Source of the DNA: Schizochytrium sp. TIO01
Taxonomy: Eukaryota > Protista > Bigyra: Labyrinthulomycetes
Reading direction: 5' to 3'
NCBI GenBank assembly: GCA_004764695.1
Contig: SMSO01000031.1
Coordinates: 3,386,436 to 3,450,435 of the forward strand
Length of the DNA stretch: 64,000 nt
This document shows, one piece after another, positions 1-13,357 of the stretch. Below the pieces are notes generated by a model, which was not told the origin of the DNA, made no database searches, and worked only from the letters and a program-made list of their open reading frames with translations. The translations under genes were made by a program, and so were the position numbers. Positions within the stretch are counted from its first letter, which is position 1. Every line of letters begins with the position of its first letter.

Positions 1-874
1 AGTGCTTCAGAAGAGCAATGTTTTTGTAAAATCCAGTTTAATTTTCAAAGATTTATATTTTAATTTTTAAAATAAATAAGGGCGAAACTTCAAACAAATG
101 GGCTCTTAGCAGGTACTTTAACATAAAATAGAAACAGAATAGAGTAGGATCTAATTCTACGAAGGCGATGATTCGCAGAATCATCGAAGACTGCAGACTA
201 TGCAAGCCGAGCCAGTTGGATTGAGGTTACGAAGTGCTTTACGGGGGTCTTCTCCGGTCCCTCCGTTGGTCTTTCTTTGGTTGTCGCAGGAAGGTCCACA
301 GACTCGAGCGGCTCTGGAGCTTTCATCCCTTCTGGCCGCCTTCCCGCCGAGAGGCCGCAGTTTTTCCAGCCCCGTCACCCTTTCTAGTTTTTTTAAATTC
401 TATTCTTTTCTTATTATACAGCTAACTACCTCTTTCCTCCTTCCTTCTTCCTCTTCCTTTTTCTCTCCTCTCTCTCTGTATATATGTAAAGATATGTATG
501 TAATATTTATATTATATATATGTATATTTGTCCTGTAAACCAGTTTTCATTTGCGAGTTCTCGCTCCCTTTATCGGCCCTCCTTAGTCTGGAGAAGACCA
601 GCTTGTTTGCTTGTTTGCCCGCCCTCCTTTCCTTTCCTGGCTTCTCTGATAAGAAGGTACTCTCGATTGGGCTGGCTGAGAGGCGACCACAGGGAATGCC
701 TGCGAGGCGGAACAGACGTCCGAGACGCAAACAAGCCACTCTCGAGCGAGGAGACAGCGACACGATGGACATGTAACTTGCGGCTTTTGCCAGTTTATTA
801 CTTTGGTAGGTAGCTGATTCTTGAAGAAGTTGTTCCACACTGAGTTTTTTCAAAGAAGAAAGATACCTTCCATT

Positions 875-898
875 TCTCTCTCTCTCTCTCTCTCTCTG
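875..898. repeat. (TC)n microsatellite
   Basis: Directly visible dinucleotide run. Confidence 0.9.
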
Positions 899-1263
899 TC
901 TCTAGGTACCGGTAGTTAGGCTTTTCTTTTCAAGAGCAACTCAAAGGCAATTACAAGTGCGCACTAGGAAGCACACGTCATTCATTACCGTATGTATTTG
1001 AATTCAAAGGCAATTCAAAATCAGCTGTACCCTGATTTGAAAATCGTCGCGTTGGAACCGATGGCGGCGGCTCTGGCGAGTAAATAATCTTGGGGAGCAT
1101 ATCTTCAAATGCGACGCAACTCTCGCCCGGGAAGGGCATGGTGCACAGCGGAGAGGAGGCTTGCCAGGAACACATCCTGCTGGTGGCAGCGTGGATGCGA
1201 GACAGGAGGGACTACACATCTTCTCAAAACCACACGCCGAACGGAGTGTGGCGCCGATGAGCA

Positions 1264-1446
1264 CTTGAGGCAGGCTGGCAAGCCGCTGGAGCACGAGGCA
1301 AATTGATGAGCGCGGTGGACAAGAGCCAAGGTACCATCATTGTCAACTACAGTGTTCTCCTGGACTCCTACGCAAGGATGCAGGCAGGATATCGCTGGAA
1401 GATTGCTGCCAGCTCGGTCAAGACGTGTGAATTCAACAACTTGTGA
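1264..1446 (+). pseudogene. Possible decayed PPR-repeat gene fragment
   Basis: Translation across one frame change gives LRQAGKPLE/ARGKLMSAVDKSQGTIIVNYSVLLDSYARM, resembling the PPR consensus (..GxxxEA..l...M......pdvvtYn.Lid.yak). Short and disrupted. Confidence 0.25.
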
Positions 1447-3911
1447 AGAAGACAGCAGTGGACCCATATAATGGTCGTCTGTGAAATTTCGGCGTTGTGG
1501 CATCTAGAAGATTTCAGAAAGCGTGCAGCTATTTCAGCCTCCCTGGAGGGTCTCAAGATACGTGCTGTTTTCTCAGAATTGCGTTACCTCGAGTGATCGG
1601 ACCAGGTCCTGAGAGGACTTTAAGTTGGCGTAACTATCATGATGATCAGGGATCTTTAACGCCTACCGTTATAAACAATGGAAGAAACTCGGGAGTAGGC
1701 AGGTTTTCATTTACTCAGATCCCTCTGCCACTTTGAAGATATGTTACATCCAAAAGAGCTTCCCTCGCTCGCTCGATCTCTCTTGTCCACTCACTCACTC
1801 ACTCAATCAAACAATCAAACCACCCTAAGCCGTAAACAGAGTCAAATGAGCCCACCAATCAATTTCCATATCCGAGGCATCCAGATGACCAATCAGCTGC
1901 GCCAAATGTCATGACCACAATTTGGCTTCAATTCGGGCTTCGAAGGTATTACATCTGAGCCGACCGAGTAAAACGAGCATGCAAAATGCTCAGAAATTGC
2001 GAACTTAGAATAGCTCGGATCTCGTATCGAATTCAAGTCCCAGACATTGCCGTGGTAGGTACTTTGTCTTGTATATAGTTTGCTGCCATCACAAATCCAA
2101 ATGCACACCTGAAATGTACGCAAACTTCTTCTGTTCTTCTGCCTTGCAAACCCAACTTCAACTCCAACTTCAACTTCAGCTTAAGGACTCCGTCCTTTCG
2201 TCCTCACCTTGCAATGTGCTGTCTTTCCTCATTCAGCTTTCTTCCTTTAGGCTCCTTCCTGGCTCATAACGAGCCTTGTTCTGTTCTCACCTCCTTCCTT
2301 TTCTGAAAATGTTTTTCTGTAGTGTAGTAGCTTTGGAAATCGATTTGTTTGCAAAATCTATTTCCAATTTAGAATCAGTCATGATTGTGATATCTTTCAA
2401 GAAAGAAAAGCCTCAGCAATGTTTGCAGTCGTCCTGCATCGAAACCAAATGACGGTGCCGATGAGACTTAAAGCTACTCTTTCTTCGGGCACTCCAAAGC
2501 AAAGCGCCTGAGGAGCCCGAGGCTTGTTCTACCTGTCTCCAACCTCGATTTCGAGCGGCCCAAAGAAAGGCTGAAAGCTCACCCTTCGCCAACTCCGGCC
2601 AGCTTAACACGCGATTTGGCCTCAGCGACGCCTCGATAGATAAAACCTTAGAGAGGGAGTCGCCGGAAGCCTCGTCATCAAAGCAAGAGCCTCTCTCTTT
2701 CTCATTCTCCTCTTCTCTCTCACCTTTGCAATCTCATTTTCTAAATTAAAGTACTACTCCTTTATTTAAATATAGCTTTTAAGCTTCTTTTTATAAAAGG
2801 GATTTTATTTTCCAAGTAAAAACTTCTTACATTCGTATTTTTCATGTGATTGTTTTTATAATTTAGAACGGCAGAGGAGGAGACAGCAAAGCACAGGGTC
2901 AATGCATGCGCAGTCGGCCGAAAGGTCTCCGGCACGGGTCAAGACACGTCTCGGGTCGCGGCATTGGGCTCTCCCTGCGGAGGAAAACAAAGGACAGCGC
3001 AGCGCCCTCTGCCTCTGTGTTTGCTTACGCGTCGGCGCTTGGACAACACCAATCGGCAGTGCATGAACGACGAACGATTGATTTCAAGCGAGCTCGCACT
3101 CCCTCCCCCCTCATCATCACACGGAGTTAAGGTTTTCAAGAACCTTAAGTTGAAACACCTCATGGGAACAGAACGGCGATGGTTGAATTGAAGTTTTCTT
3201 TTCAGTCAGTCTTCTACGTTTTTTTTTTTACTTTTTTTTTTTTACTTTTTTTTTTTCCTTTTCTTTCTCTGTCACGAGCCTTATGATGGCGAGTTGGAAG
3301 GAGGGAGGCCCGAGGGAATAAAAGTCAAGTGCCGCGTTCGAGAGAGTTCCTTTAATAAGTAAGCAAGCCGTCTCTATGGAGACGAACAAGCGCGAGCAGA
3401 ATTGAAAGCGTCACCAGCGTAAAACTTTTTTAACTTATTTTTAATTTTAAGATTTAAAGTTTTTGTTTTTGTCAGCAGGAGTCTTCATTTTGACGATTTA
3501 AACAATTCGTTTGAAATTAAGCGCATAATAATTGCAGTCATTCCGCTTTTCCAGCGAACTGCGTTAGTATCGTCGCAGGTTTAACACGAACAGATTGATC
3601 GGCTAAAATTTGCTTAAAGACCAACCATCCATCCATCCATCCATCAATCGATCAATCAGTTGACCCTTTGAATTGGAAAGGCCCTCAAACTTTGAGCTCT
3701 GACACACGAGCTTCAGGACCGAAGTATCACGATGGGTCGCTTTGAGAGCCTATCTATCTATCGAGCTCAAGGTTTCCGTCCTCCTTTAAGAGCCCATTCG
3801 ATGACCCGCAAGTTTTCCTCAGATTGTGTCAATTCGCATGAAATGAAATGATGACAACCAACAGCAAAAGGCAAACGGGACTCCGATCTCTTTCTTTGTC
3901 TCTGCTTCGAC

Positions 3912-3966
3912 CTGAAATGATCTGAAATGATCTGAAATGATCTGATCTGATCTGATCTGATCTGAT
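3912..3966. repeat. Compound repeat (CTGAAATGAT)3 followed by (CTGAT)5
   Basis: Directly visible. Confidence 0.85.
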
Positions 3967-4237
3967 CCGACGCGAAGCGAAGCGATTTCGTGGAGAAGAG
4001 CGCGCACCAAACGGTAGCAGCGCCCTCTGTATTGGACGGCTATCGATTTCTTCAGGCTCTATGAGGCAGCCAAAGATCTTGGAGCTACCAGGCGCTAGCT
4101 AGGCGGTCCTATGGCCTTTTCGGGAAGACTGAAAGTTTTTAAATCTGTAGAACCAAATGATATCAAAAGAGTAAACTCAAATTGAGAATTTCATTACTAA
4201 GTAAAATTGTTATTTAAAATGAAAACAAATTGCAAGC

Positions 4238-4557
<320 letters not shown>

Positions 4558-5400
4558 GTAACAAAGTGGGAAAAAGAAAGGTGAGAAGGTGACTGACTGA
4601 CTGAGAAGTGACGGCGAGCAGCGAAATCTGAAGCGCGCGCCCGAGAGAATTCCTCGCGTTTGAACCCTCTTCCATCAGCGACGCCCTCTTTTCGAAGTAT
4701 CGATCGACGGAGCGCGGCGGTTCTTTGGAGGGACGTCGTCGCGAAACCGCCTCGATTTAGGCACACCTTGAAGCTTGTTTGTCAATTTGTTTGTTGGATT
4801 GATTGCTCTCTTCCTCTGCTGATGTTCCGTGAAAACAAAGCGTCGAAACTTATTATAAAATAAAGCTGTGCCTTATTTTAGCAGATCTCAAAAACTGGAA
4901 AAAACTGAAAGCGCCTACTTTTTTTCTTTCTTTTTTTAAATATAATTTTTAAATAAACATAACAGTAAAATAGGATGGGGACTAATCTTCCGTGGGTCCT
5001 AGCGCCCCTCATAGCGGGAATACTAATGAGGATAATATGGTGGACGTTGTCCACGAGAGTCCTAGTAAGCCGTAGTGCTCGTGTACGGACCTACCTGTGA
5101 AGCGTGGCCCCATAAGATACTGGCGGGAACTGGCATTTTGGCTGCAGTAGCCGTCAGAGCTCGAGACCTCAGCGGCGTTTGCTTCAATGGTCGCGAGGCT
5201 GCGCATGGACAGACTTGTGCCAATAATTTCTTTGCAAGGGATCGCTGCGAAGCCGAAGAGTCGAGCTCGAAGCTGCTTCTTTTAAAGCAGGCGGGAGTTC
5301 CAACAAGACAACCAAACGAAGAAATATAAAAAACAAGAGCGCTTCCATTTTCCCCTTCGGCTCAGTGCTCTATTTGACCCAAATCATTTGTTTAGGTATT

Positions 5401-5449
5401 TATTTGTTTATTTGTTTGTTTGTTTGTTTGTTTGTTTGTTTGTTTGTTT
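5401..5449. repeat. (TTTG)n microsatellite
   Basis: Directly visible. Confidence 0.9.
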
Positions 5450-7076
5450 ATTTACTTATAAATGAATGTATTCATTGATTACGTGTCATATTGACTCTGA
5501 GTAGTTCAAGTTGAACTTGCAATTCGCTGAGCATTATTGAGCGATGGCGAAGACCGCGACCTCACGCAAATCGAGGCAGCCGTAGTCAGCTTTGGGCAGA
5601 GCAGAAAGACCTTCTCGTGAAGATGTCTGAAGCCCGCACAAAAGAGATCCTCGAGCTGGTCACCAAAGTTCCGAAGAGCGTGGGTTTCGACAACTTCAAA
5701 GTGGGCTTTGTTTTGCTCCACGCGATGGAAGAAGAATGCGCAAACTGTTCAAAGCGAAGCTGCCATGGCGGTCTATGAAAGCTTTGGGTAAGAGTCGGCG
5801 GTAATCGGAGACTGACTGATCAACTTGAGGCATTGAGGAAGGAAGTTTGCATGTAATGGGGAGACGGCCATGAGTCGAGAAGGGGTAGTATCTATCAATA
5901 CATCTATCTTTCTTTCAATCTATTTATGGGCGGTTGTTTTAAAAATTCTGAAAGGACTGTTCAAAATTCCAACGAGAAAGGAATTAATTCGCGATCTTCG
6001 ATCAGGCACTTTTCGGTTTTCTTCTTGCAAAAAGAAAACAGCGCTGATGGGATGTGCACATGGCGTCCGAACTTTGCAGAGATCGAGGCGCATGCGTAAG
6101 ATTGCCGGCACATACGATACTTCGCATTTCATTTCGGAGACGATTCCCACGTGCGTTGGTTTCATGCAGGCTTGAAGTTTTGATTGGTGGCTCGAAAACG
6201 TTGACCTTTCATGCTCTCCTAAGTGCTCTTGGCTCTACCTGCATCATAAACGACAAGATATTTCTTTTAGTGGAAAAAGAAGTTTTAACCTGCGATGAAT
6301 GAAACAGTTTCGTCGGACACCACAAAGGTCACCCGGACCAGTTATTGCTCTTATGGCAAACGAAGATGGAGCGCCTTCTGCTCACAATATATGCTGGGTA
6401 TTTCTATAGATATAGTTGAATCAATAAAAAGCGCACGGGACCCCGTCGACTGTAAACAGGTACCATTTGCTAACACGAGAATTGACAATGTGGATTTCAA
6501 GATTGCACGCTCGAGGTTGGGATGTCGCAGCAAGGCTTCAGTTGGCGTGGCTGTCAAGAAGTACTTGATAACGCAAACCCGAAACCCCCAGCGCGCGCAG
6601 CGGCATGCATTCCACAGCGTGACGTGGATGGAGCAAGCAAATTGAGAGCAATTTGAAGATCGAGATTATGCGGCGGTAATTGCATTTTGCGTCATCCTAT
6701 ACTTATTTGCGCGGTCCAGACGTTCCAGGATCGCATCGTCCTTTGCCCGCAGATGTAGCCAGGTTGCCTGTATATTTACATATATGGGCAGTAAGTGCAT
6801 GCGCTCAATTCAATTCAATTCACTCCTGGCTTCAAGTTGTTCTGTCTACTATGTCCGTACCCACCAATCGATAGTGCTATGCTCCTCTCCTCTGCCTCTA
6901 AACCCTTGCAAGTGACGCGAAATGCGATGGCCACGAAGAGAACCGGCCATTCGGATGATGATTGGCTTTTCCTCAACAGGTCTCATCGAAACGATTGATG
7001 TCGTTGAGTTCATCGTTTTCAAGATTTTGTTTTGATTATTTTATCCTCTAACTCAAACGATTGTTTTTTTGGATTT

Positions 7077-7135
7077 TTTGTTTGTTTGTTTGTTTGTTTG
7101 TTTGTTTGTTTTGTTTGTCTTGTTTGTTTGCTTGT
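7077..7135. repeat. Imperfect (TTTG)n microsatellite
   Basis: Directly visible. Confidence 0.85.
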
Positions 7136-7749
7136 TTTAAAATTAATTTTTAAAAGTGAAAGTTGTACTTAAAAGTAATACGTCATTTTCGCGAAGTCTA
7201 TCTATAATAATAATATGGACGAACAGAGCGCATTCAATGAATCGACGATCACCGCAGCCGAAGAGGGCGAAGCGAGCGCTGACAAATCGCGGTCCCTGCA
7301 TCGCGAGGAGAGCTGACTTTCGATGCGGGAGCCGCCACAGCGACCGTGTCCACTGCCGAAGCAAGCGATCTGCGTGGCTGCCTTCCGATTCGATTCAGAC
7401 ACGAGCCCTTGACGTGGAGGATTCTGTGCATGAACTGATAAATTGATTGATTGGTTGGCTGGCTGGCTGGCCAAGCTCTCTGTTTCTCAATGACCCATCC
7501 ATCGTGTCCCAAAGAAAGAGAATGATAGTATGACCAATGACTCTCTCGAAGATCGAAGTTCCACTCTTTCATCCTTCATTTTTAGTTTTGAAAAAGAAAT
7601 TAATTGCTCAAGGTAGGTAAGAGGCGCTTAGTGTTCATTAGTTAGAGAGCGCTCGCTAGCCAGCTCCTACTGCTCAGTACGCAGTTCCAGAGTTCCGGAG
7701 TTCTCAACCGCTTTCTCCATAATACTATGCAATGACGCAAGAAAGATAG

Positions 7750-7752
<3 letters not shown>

Positions 7753-7792
<40 letters not shown>
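7753..7792. repeat. (AG)n microsatellite
   Basis: Directly visible. Confidence 0.95.
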
Positions 7793-7796
<4 letters not shown>

Positions 7797-8903
7797 TAGC
7801 AAGCAGTAACAGGGACTAGGCAGGTCCTACCTTAGTGTTCTCTCTTTCGAAGAATGAATTCAAATCTTGAAATCATCGCTTTTGCTTTCACATCGAAGTC
7901 AGAGCGGAAACTCAACTCAACTCGGCCAGATCCCAGAAGAGGTGGCCGCGATGGCGGCGATGGCCCGCGCGCTGCCCGGGCGGCGCGACTCGCTGAAGGA
8001 AAGGGAAGCTGGCTGGCTTTGGAGTTCTTGGAATGGCTGCTGTGCGGTTGGATCTCGCGCGAATTGCCGCAAAGATGGCAAAATGAGGGAGTCTCCGAGC
8101 AAATCTGAATTCAAAACACGGACGAGCAGTTAGTTTCGTTACTGCAGCGCGGCATTCGACTCAGGAGTTGGACGTAGACACCGCGAGCGTCGAGGCTGGC
8201 TGTTGAGCAGGGTGCCGGCACGAGGTCTTGCAGTTTGCAGGCCTGCCTCCTTCGCGATTTGGAGCGGCTGGGCTCGTGGCGTGGCGCGAGCACCTTGGGA
8301 GCTGCTGGCAAGGGCTGACTCGACCGACCGCGTCGGCGGACATGACGCAGATTGCCATGGGAAACACCTTAGCTAGCGCTCATCCCAACGACGGGGGCAG
8401 CTAGAAGGGACGCGGAGCGGACTTCGAGGGGCTGCAGGAGAGGCCCGTGAATTGCAGCCAGTGGCAGAGCCTTCGCTTGAGAAAGCAGTCCTGGTGACTT
8501 TTTACACTCGAAAAGTCGATCGATCGATTGACCTGATATCGATCAGCTACTGCTAAACCAATCAGTCTATGAACAAACCAATGGACCAATCGACCAGTCG
8601 AACATGCGATCATGCGATCATTTGCTCGACATTTCGAGAGTTATTGAACAAATGGACTAGCTCGCAAACGTAGGTAGTTCCTGAAGGACGCTGCTGCCTG
8701 GTTAGCAGGAAGGAGACCAAGACAAGCTTAGCATAGTTGTTTAGTCCTGGGTGATTTCGGCTCGACCAGACCTCGTGCAACCGCGATCTCGCTCGCGTGA
8801 AAGCCACCCACTGCCGATCTTGTTTAAAAAGTTAAAGTGATTACGAACAAGGAGCGAGCAAGACCTTCAAGATGTGGTTTGGGGCTCGGAATGGCAAAAT
8901 AGG

Positions 8904-8944
<41 letters not shown>
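8904..8944. repeat. (AGAT)n microsatellite
   Basis: Directly visible. Confidence 0.95.
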
Positions 8945-9826
8945 CTTCGCATTCAAAGTGGGAATTTCTTTGAGATCCAGAGAGACAGATCGGTCAGAAT
9001 AGAGGCAGTGTGCCGGTAATCGTTTTCTTTTTTTTTGGAATTCGTAATGGCTGAGAGAAACTTCGATTCGAGCTGGGCCCGGCCTGTAGCATGAGGAGTG
9101 TTATAGTCCATTTGCTCATGCCCTTTCTTCTTCTTTTGTTTTTCTGTTTCGCCGTTCTGGGGGTTTAGAGAAAGGAGAAACCTCCTCGCTTCTTTACAGA
9201 TCATTGGACCTATGTTAAAAAGTTTCTTTCTTTCGGGCTAGGCTTCAGAACGCGAGGAGCAGAGTTAGTAAGTTTTTGCGTTGGAATGTTTTCGTTTTTT
9301 CTTTTTAATTTAAAACAAATGGGAAAGGGAAATTGAAGGGCTGAAGTAATTTGTTGTGTTTTGTTTGTTAATTTCAAGGAGGTCAGCTAGTTTGTTCATG
9401 TGTAGGTCTGACCAGCTCCTTGACAGTAGGTACGGAACTGCGAGCACAAACGTTTCTGAAAGTTCACAAGCATGAGTCAGAAGACTTCTGGAGTCCGTTT
9501 TCTATCTTGCTATTTCCCCAGCTATTGCTAATGGCCAGGTCTCAAAATCATGAGGCGCCTTACTGTAATGCCCATTCCGGCAAGTCTGCCTTATCTTATT
9601 TCCTTCGTGACCGAGTTTGTTTGGTTGATCGTGTTCCACATGTTCTAGTACTACTACTTTCTAAATTTAATAACTCTCTTTCCTCCCTCATCAATCTGCA
9701 CACGGTGGACTAATAAGCAGCATTGCGCGCACGAAGACAAGCGCGACCAACGACGAAGGTCCCAGTCGTGACTGTAAACAATTGTAGATGGCTGAAGTCG
9801 TCTTTTAGCTCTGTAGGGAGGCAAAT

Positions 9827-10798
9827 ATGTCGGGTTGTGAAGAGAAAGACCAAGTCAAGGTGGATGGAGATGGCACAACCTCAACTTCACTGGCTGTGCA
9901 AAGTGTAGTAGGAAAGAAGCGGCGTCGCGTAAGGCCAAGAGTCTTAAAAGATGAGGACTACGTCCGCAAAATGACAAAGATTATTCGTAGGGACTTCTTT
10001 CCAGACGCCCCACCAATTGATAGTGACGATGAAAGAGAAGAACTGATGGGGAAAACACACCTTCGGCTAGATGAATTTGTCAAGACACATACATCTCAAC
10101 GAGACGTCAAATTTGCCAAGTTAGAAGCAAAGACTGCACGAGCAAAAGCAGCGAAGGCACCTTGGCTTAATAACTCTACACATGCCAAGTTGCCCCGCTT
10201 TCCACTTCTTGGAGATCACCATCTTTCACTCGATCAAGAGGAAGACAAGGGTGCACCTTCCTCATCCTCGTCATCATCAAAGACTGCATTTCAAATGCCG
10301 CAACCACGCGCCACCCAGCTCAGCAATTGTGACAAAAAAATTGTATCCTCCAATACTAGAATTGAACAGGATTTTGACGATTCCATTACGGAATTTTCTG
10401 GACTCACAGAGCAAACCGTAATTCTTGGAGGTGGCGCAGCACAACATGGCCTCGGCCGATTGAAACGTAACCAGCCTTTGTATTTTGGATATTCGCTCCT
10501 AGAAAATGAAGTCGGATTCAAGTCACCAAGCTCGATCCGTAGATGGAGCAGAGATGATGATCTTACTGTTGACGAATCTGGGTTAAGTCAAGCCTCTAAT
10601 AACACGTTTTCAGTTCCGGCCCTATCTCGTCGGGAAGCGATCGCGTATGAATTAAGCGAAAACGCGTCTAAATCCAGGGAAGCTAAGATTAATAAAAGCT
10701 CCCAAAGCTCGTCATCTTCCAAGTCCCATAAACCATCCAAAAAATCAAAAGGTTTCTCTGCTGCGGGAGCAGCTCTTGCAAAACGTTTACTCGGTTAG
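9827..10798 (+). CDS. ESS2: ESS2/DGCR14 (Es2) splicing factor homolog, 323 aa
   Basis: VLKDEDYVRKMTKIIRRDFFPD matches the Es2 motif VLdEe.Yi..l..iIqRDFFPD. Also LRLDEFVKTHTS (l.Ld.Fl..yTSED), IVSSNTR (I...NTR), FSVPALSRREAIAYEL and a C-terminal SAAGAAL motif. Confidence 0.85.
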   Translation: MSGCEEKDQVKVDGDGTTSTSLAVQSVVGKKRRRVRPRVLKDEDYVRKMTKIIRRDFFPDAPPIDSDDEREELMGKTHLRLDEFVKTHTSQRDVKFAKLEAKTARAKAAKAPWLNNSTHAKLPRFPLLGDHHLSLDQEEDKGAPSSSSSSSKTAFQMPQPRATQLSNCDKKIVSSNTRIEQDFDDSITEFSGLTEQTVILGGGAAQHGLGRLKRNQPLYFGYSLLENEVGFKSPSSIRRWSRDDDLTVDESGLSQASNNTFSVPALSRREAIAYELSENASKSREAKINKSSQSSSSSKSHKPSKKSKGFSAAGAALAKRLLG

Positions 10799-10878
10799 AA
10801 AACTATTTTTAGATCAATTAGATTGTCAACTTTTCTTTATGCTCGACTTGAAAGGACCGAAGTATCGAGTATCTCCTA

Positions 10879-11742
10879 CTATGTGCGCTTCTTGATATCC
10901 ACCAGCCAAGCATTGAGAGCGGTTTTCATTTTCACATTTAGGCGTACAATAGGGCGCTGCTCCCTAATTATGGCGACGGCGTCATCCACAGTATTCGCCT
11001 TCTCTGCAAGCAAAAGAGCTGCGCAAACCATCGTTGCTGAGCGCCCAATACCAGCAGCACAATGGCATAATACAGGACCCTCTTCCCAATGTTTCAATAT
11101 GAACTCGGCTCCGCGTGTTAGGTCTGTATGCGTTGCTGGAATCCCATCCCAGCTCGGAAGACAAAGATAATTCTTTGCACGGGAACGTTCAGAAAATTCA
11201 GTAGTTAGGTCTACAATTCCTTGCCACTCTACAGCATACGCCACGTCGCTAAAATAAGTCCCCACCCAAAGACCGGGAAGGACCTCTGAAGCCAAGGGAA
11301 TATGGCGACGGAAGATGTAACGTTTTGAGTATACTAGGACCATATTTACAAAGTGGAATGGCCAGAATATAACATACGACCACCACGGAATCTGACCTGT
11401 CACTTTATCTTTACCCATAAGGTTGTGACATACACGAAGGTAAAACAGCCCAGCAATGCATGTGAGATTCACAGCAGCGTACCATAAAAGAATAGCTGCC
11501 ACCGTCGTCCTTGCAGAGTTCCAATCAAATACACCGTCTGCGCTCACAGCACTTAAAACAGAATCTGATGTCGTTTGAATGCCACTGTTGCTATTTTGTG
11601 CAGAAGAGCTTGTTGCTGCGATTAAATGTGCCAGAGCCGCCGCAGAAGCTTGACGAAGCGGCATGAGTGCAGATGGCCCCAGTGCCATAGCGCCAACGGC
11701 AGCAAGTGCGCCTGCACCGAGGTAAACAGCGTAAACAACCAT
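10879..11742 (-). CDS. Membrane-anchored dual-specificity protein phosphatase (YnbD C-terminal-like)
   Basis: Catalytic loop VLCHCAAGIGRSATMVCAALL (HCxxGxxRS), acid loop LPSWDG, EVLPGLWVG, and hydrophobic segments upstream. The ATG at 11742 (MVVYAVYL) is preferred over the ORF-track start at 11949. Confidence 0.85.
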   Translation of the reverse strand: MVVYAVYLGAGALAAVGAMALGPSALMPLRQASAAALAHLIAATSSSAQNSNSGIQTTSDSVLSAVSADGVFDWNSARTTVAAILLWYAAVNLTCIAGLFYLRVCHNLMGKDKVTGQIPWWSYVIFWPFHFVNMVLVYSKRYIFRRHIPLASEVLPGLWVGTYFSDVAYAVEWQGIVDLTTEFSERSRAKNYLCLPSWDGIPATHTDLTRGAEFILKHWEEGPVLCHCAAGIGRSATMVCAALLLAEKANTVDDAVAIIREQRPIVRLNVKMKTALNAWLVDIKKRT

Positions 11743-12709
11743 TTTAGTCAATACTAGTTCTCTCGCACAGAGCGAGTGGTGAGGACAAAGAACCCAGCGG
11801 ATGGATGCAAAGGTTGCAGTCTGGGTCTCTTTCATCAATTTCTGCTTCAACGCTACGCTCTCTCTTTTCTTTTTTCTTTTCTTTTTTTTAAGTTTAAAAA
11901 TGATGATTTGGATATAGATATACAGGCTCCTATTTCTACTTTTAGACATTGGAATGAACAGCGGGTAGAGTAACCAATGACAATGTTTTGATGTGAAGAT
12001 TCACCAATGTGTCATAGACGGGTGTTGCAGTATAGAGACACCGCATTTCTGGTACCTAGACCCGTAGTCAGTAATTAAAACCCCCTAAGCGAAATTCCTC
12101 GAACTAGCAGATGACAGAACTAAGACTATGGGAAGTTATTCTGAGACATGCTGTTTATCTTTTGATCATCCGTGACAAACTCTTCCAATGGCTTCTTCAA
12201 ATCTACGTAGCGTAATATTTCTAAATAAACATCAAGTCCCAAACTTTTATGCAAAGGTAATACTCACAGGGTTGAGCGCTGAGCTGCCCCCCAATACACG
12301 CATGCGAAGTTTTTAGCATGATCCCATTGTTGAAGAGAATCAAGAAGACCGGGTCCTCCTTGAAAACCTATTAGCGTATTTTGAGTGAGACACGAGGTGA
12401 TGGCGAGAAATACAATACATTAAGCAATCTACACTTGCATTGGGAACGAAACGACCCAGCAATGATCCAGCTCCTTACCAGCAATTCAGGCAATCGTCTC
12501 AAAAGGGGTTATGCGCATTGTTGGGTGACAGTTACATGATGTTAAGAAGGACAGTTTAAGCAATTAGATGAGTGTAAGAAAAGATGTAGCCCTATGCAAA
12601 AATGTAGGAAGGTCGTATATCTGAGGTATTTCCCGCATAAATTGGGGGCTATAAGTTTGACAATGGAGATACCAGGCTAGTGACATCATGCACTTTCAAT
12701 AGCAATTCA

Positions 12710-13357
12710 TCATAAGTATTTATCAACGCGTTTCACATGAACCGAGTCAAGTTGGGCAAGCGCATCACTAAGCTCTTCATGCAAATATCTAAGACTCGCT
12801 GCAGAGGCTTGCAAGTCATGTGACTTATCATCACTCGTATCTATGCGTAAGAGGAAGCTAGGGCAGATGTCATTTGCAGCGCGCCGTGAGGAAACTTGAA
12901 TATCCAGGCGCCAACTAGCGTCACGGTACCAAGGCAAAGCTCCAGAGACTCCAGAAGTGACTGTCCCTGCATCCTGCACATCCAGTGCGTGTTGCAATGC
13001 TTCATAGTGCTCTTGATAAAAACCAAAAATCGCCTCATTAGTTTCTCCAGAAAATGGGAGAGATTCTGCTGCAGTAAGATATTGAGCTCGACTTGGTCTA
13101 TGGCGAGCACATTCAAGCAGTAATCTTGCAAAGGCACTCAAGCAGCGCTCCACCTCTTGCCCTGACGTCCCAAAAGTTCGAGCTGCTTTTCGCAAACGTT
13201 TTTGCGTCTTTATTTCATGAGCTTTTGCATCGGCGTCATTCCTATTGATTCGGAGAGCATCTAGTGAGACCTCCAAAAAATCTACTACAGCTGCTTCACG
13301 ATCCCTTGGCTCGGTGAAAAGGACTACGGCCTCAGCCACGCTTGCAGAAATCTGCAT
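12710..13357 (-). CDS. COMMD2: COMM domain-containing protein, COMMD2-like (Commander/CCC complex)
   Basis: C-terminal COMM domain LPWYRDASWRLDIQVSSRRAANDICPSFLLRIDT...LQASAASLRYLHEELSDAL. Size (~215 aa) is typical. Confidence 0.8.
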   Translation of the reverse strand: MQISASVAEAVVLFTEPRDREAAVVDFLEVSLDALRINRNDADAKAHEIKTQKRLRKAARTFGTSGQEVERCLSAFARLLLECARHRPSRAQYLTAAESLPFSGETNEAIFGFYQEHYEALQHALDVQDAGTVTSGVSGALPWYRDASWRLDIQVSSRRAANDICPSFLLRIDTSDDKSHDLQASAASLRYLHEELSDALAQLDSVHVKRVDKYL

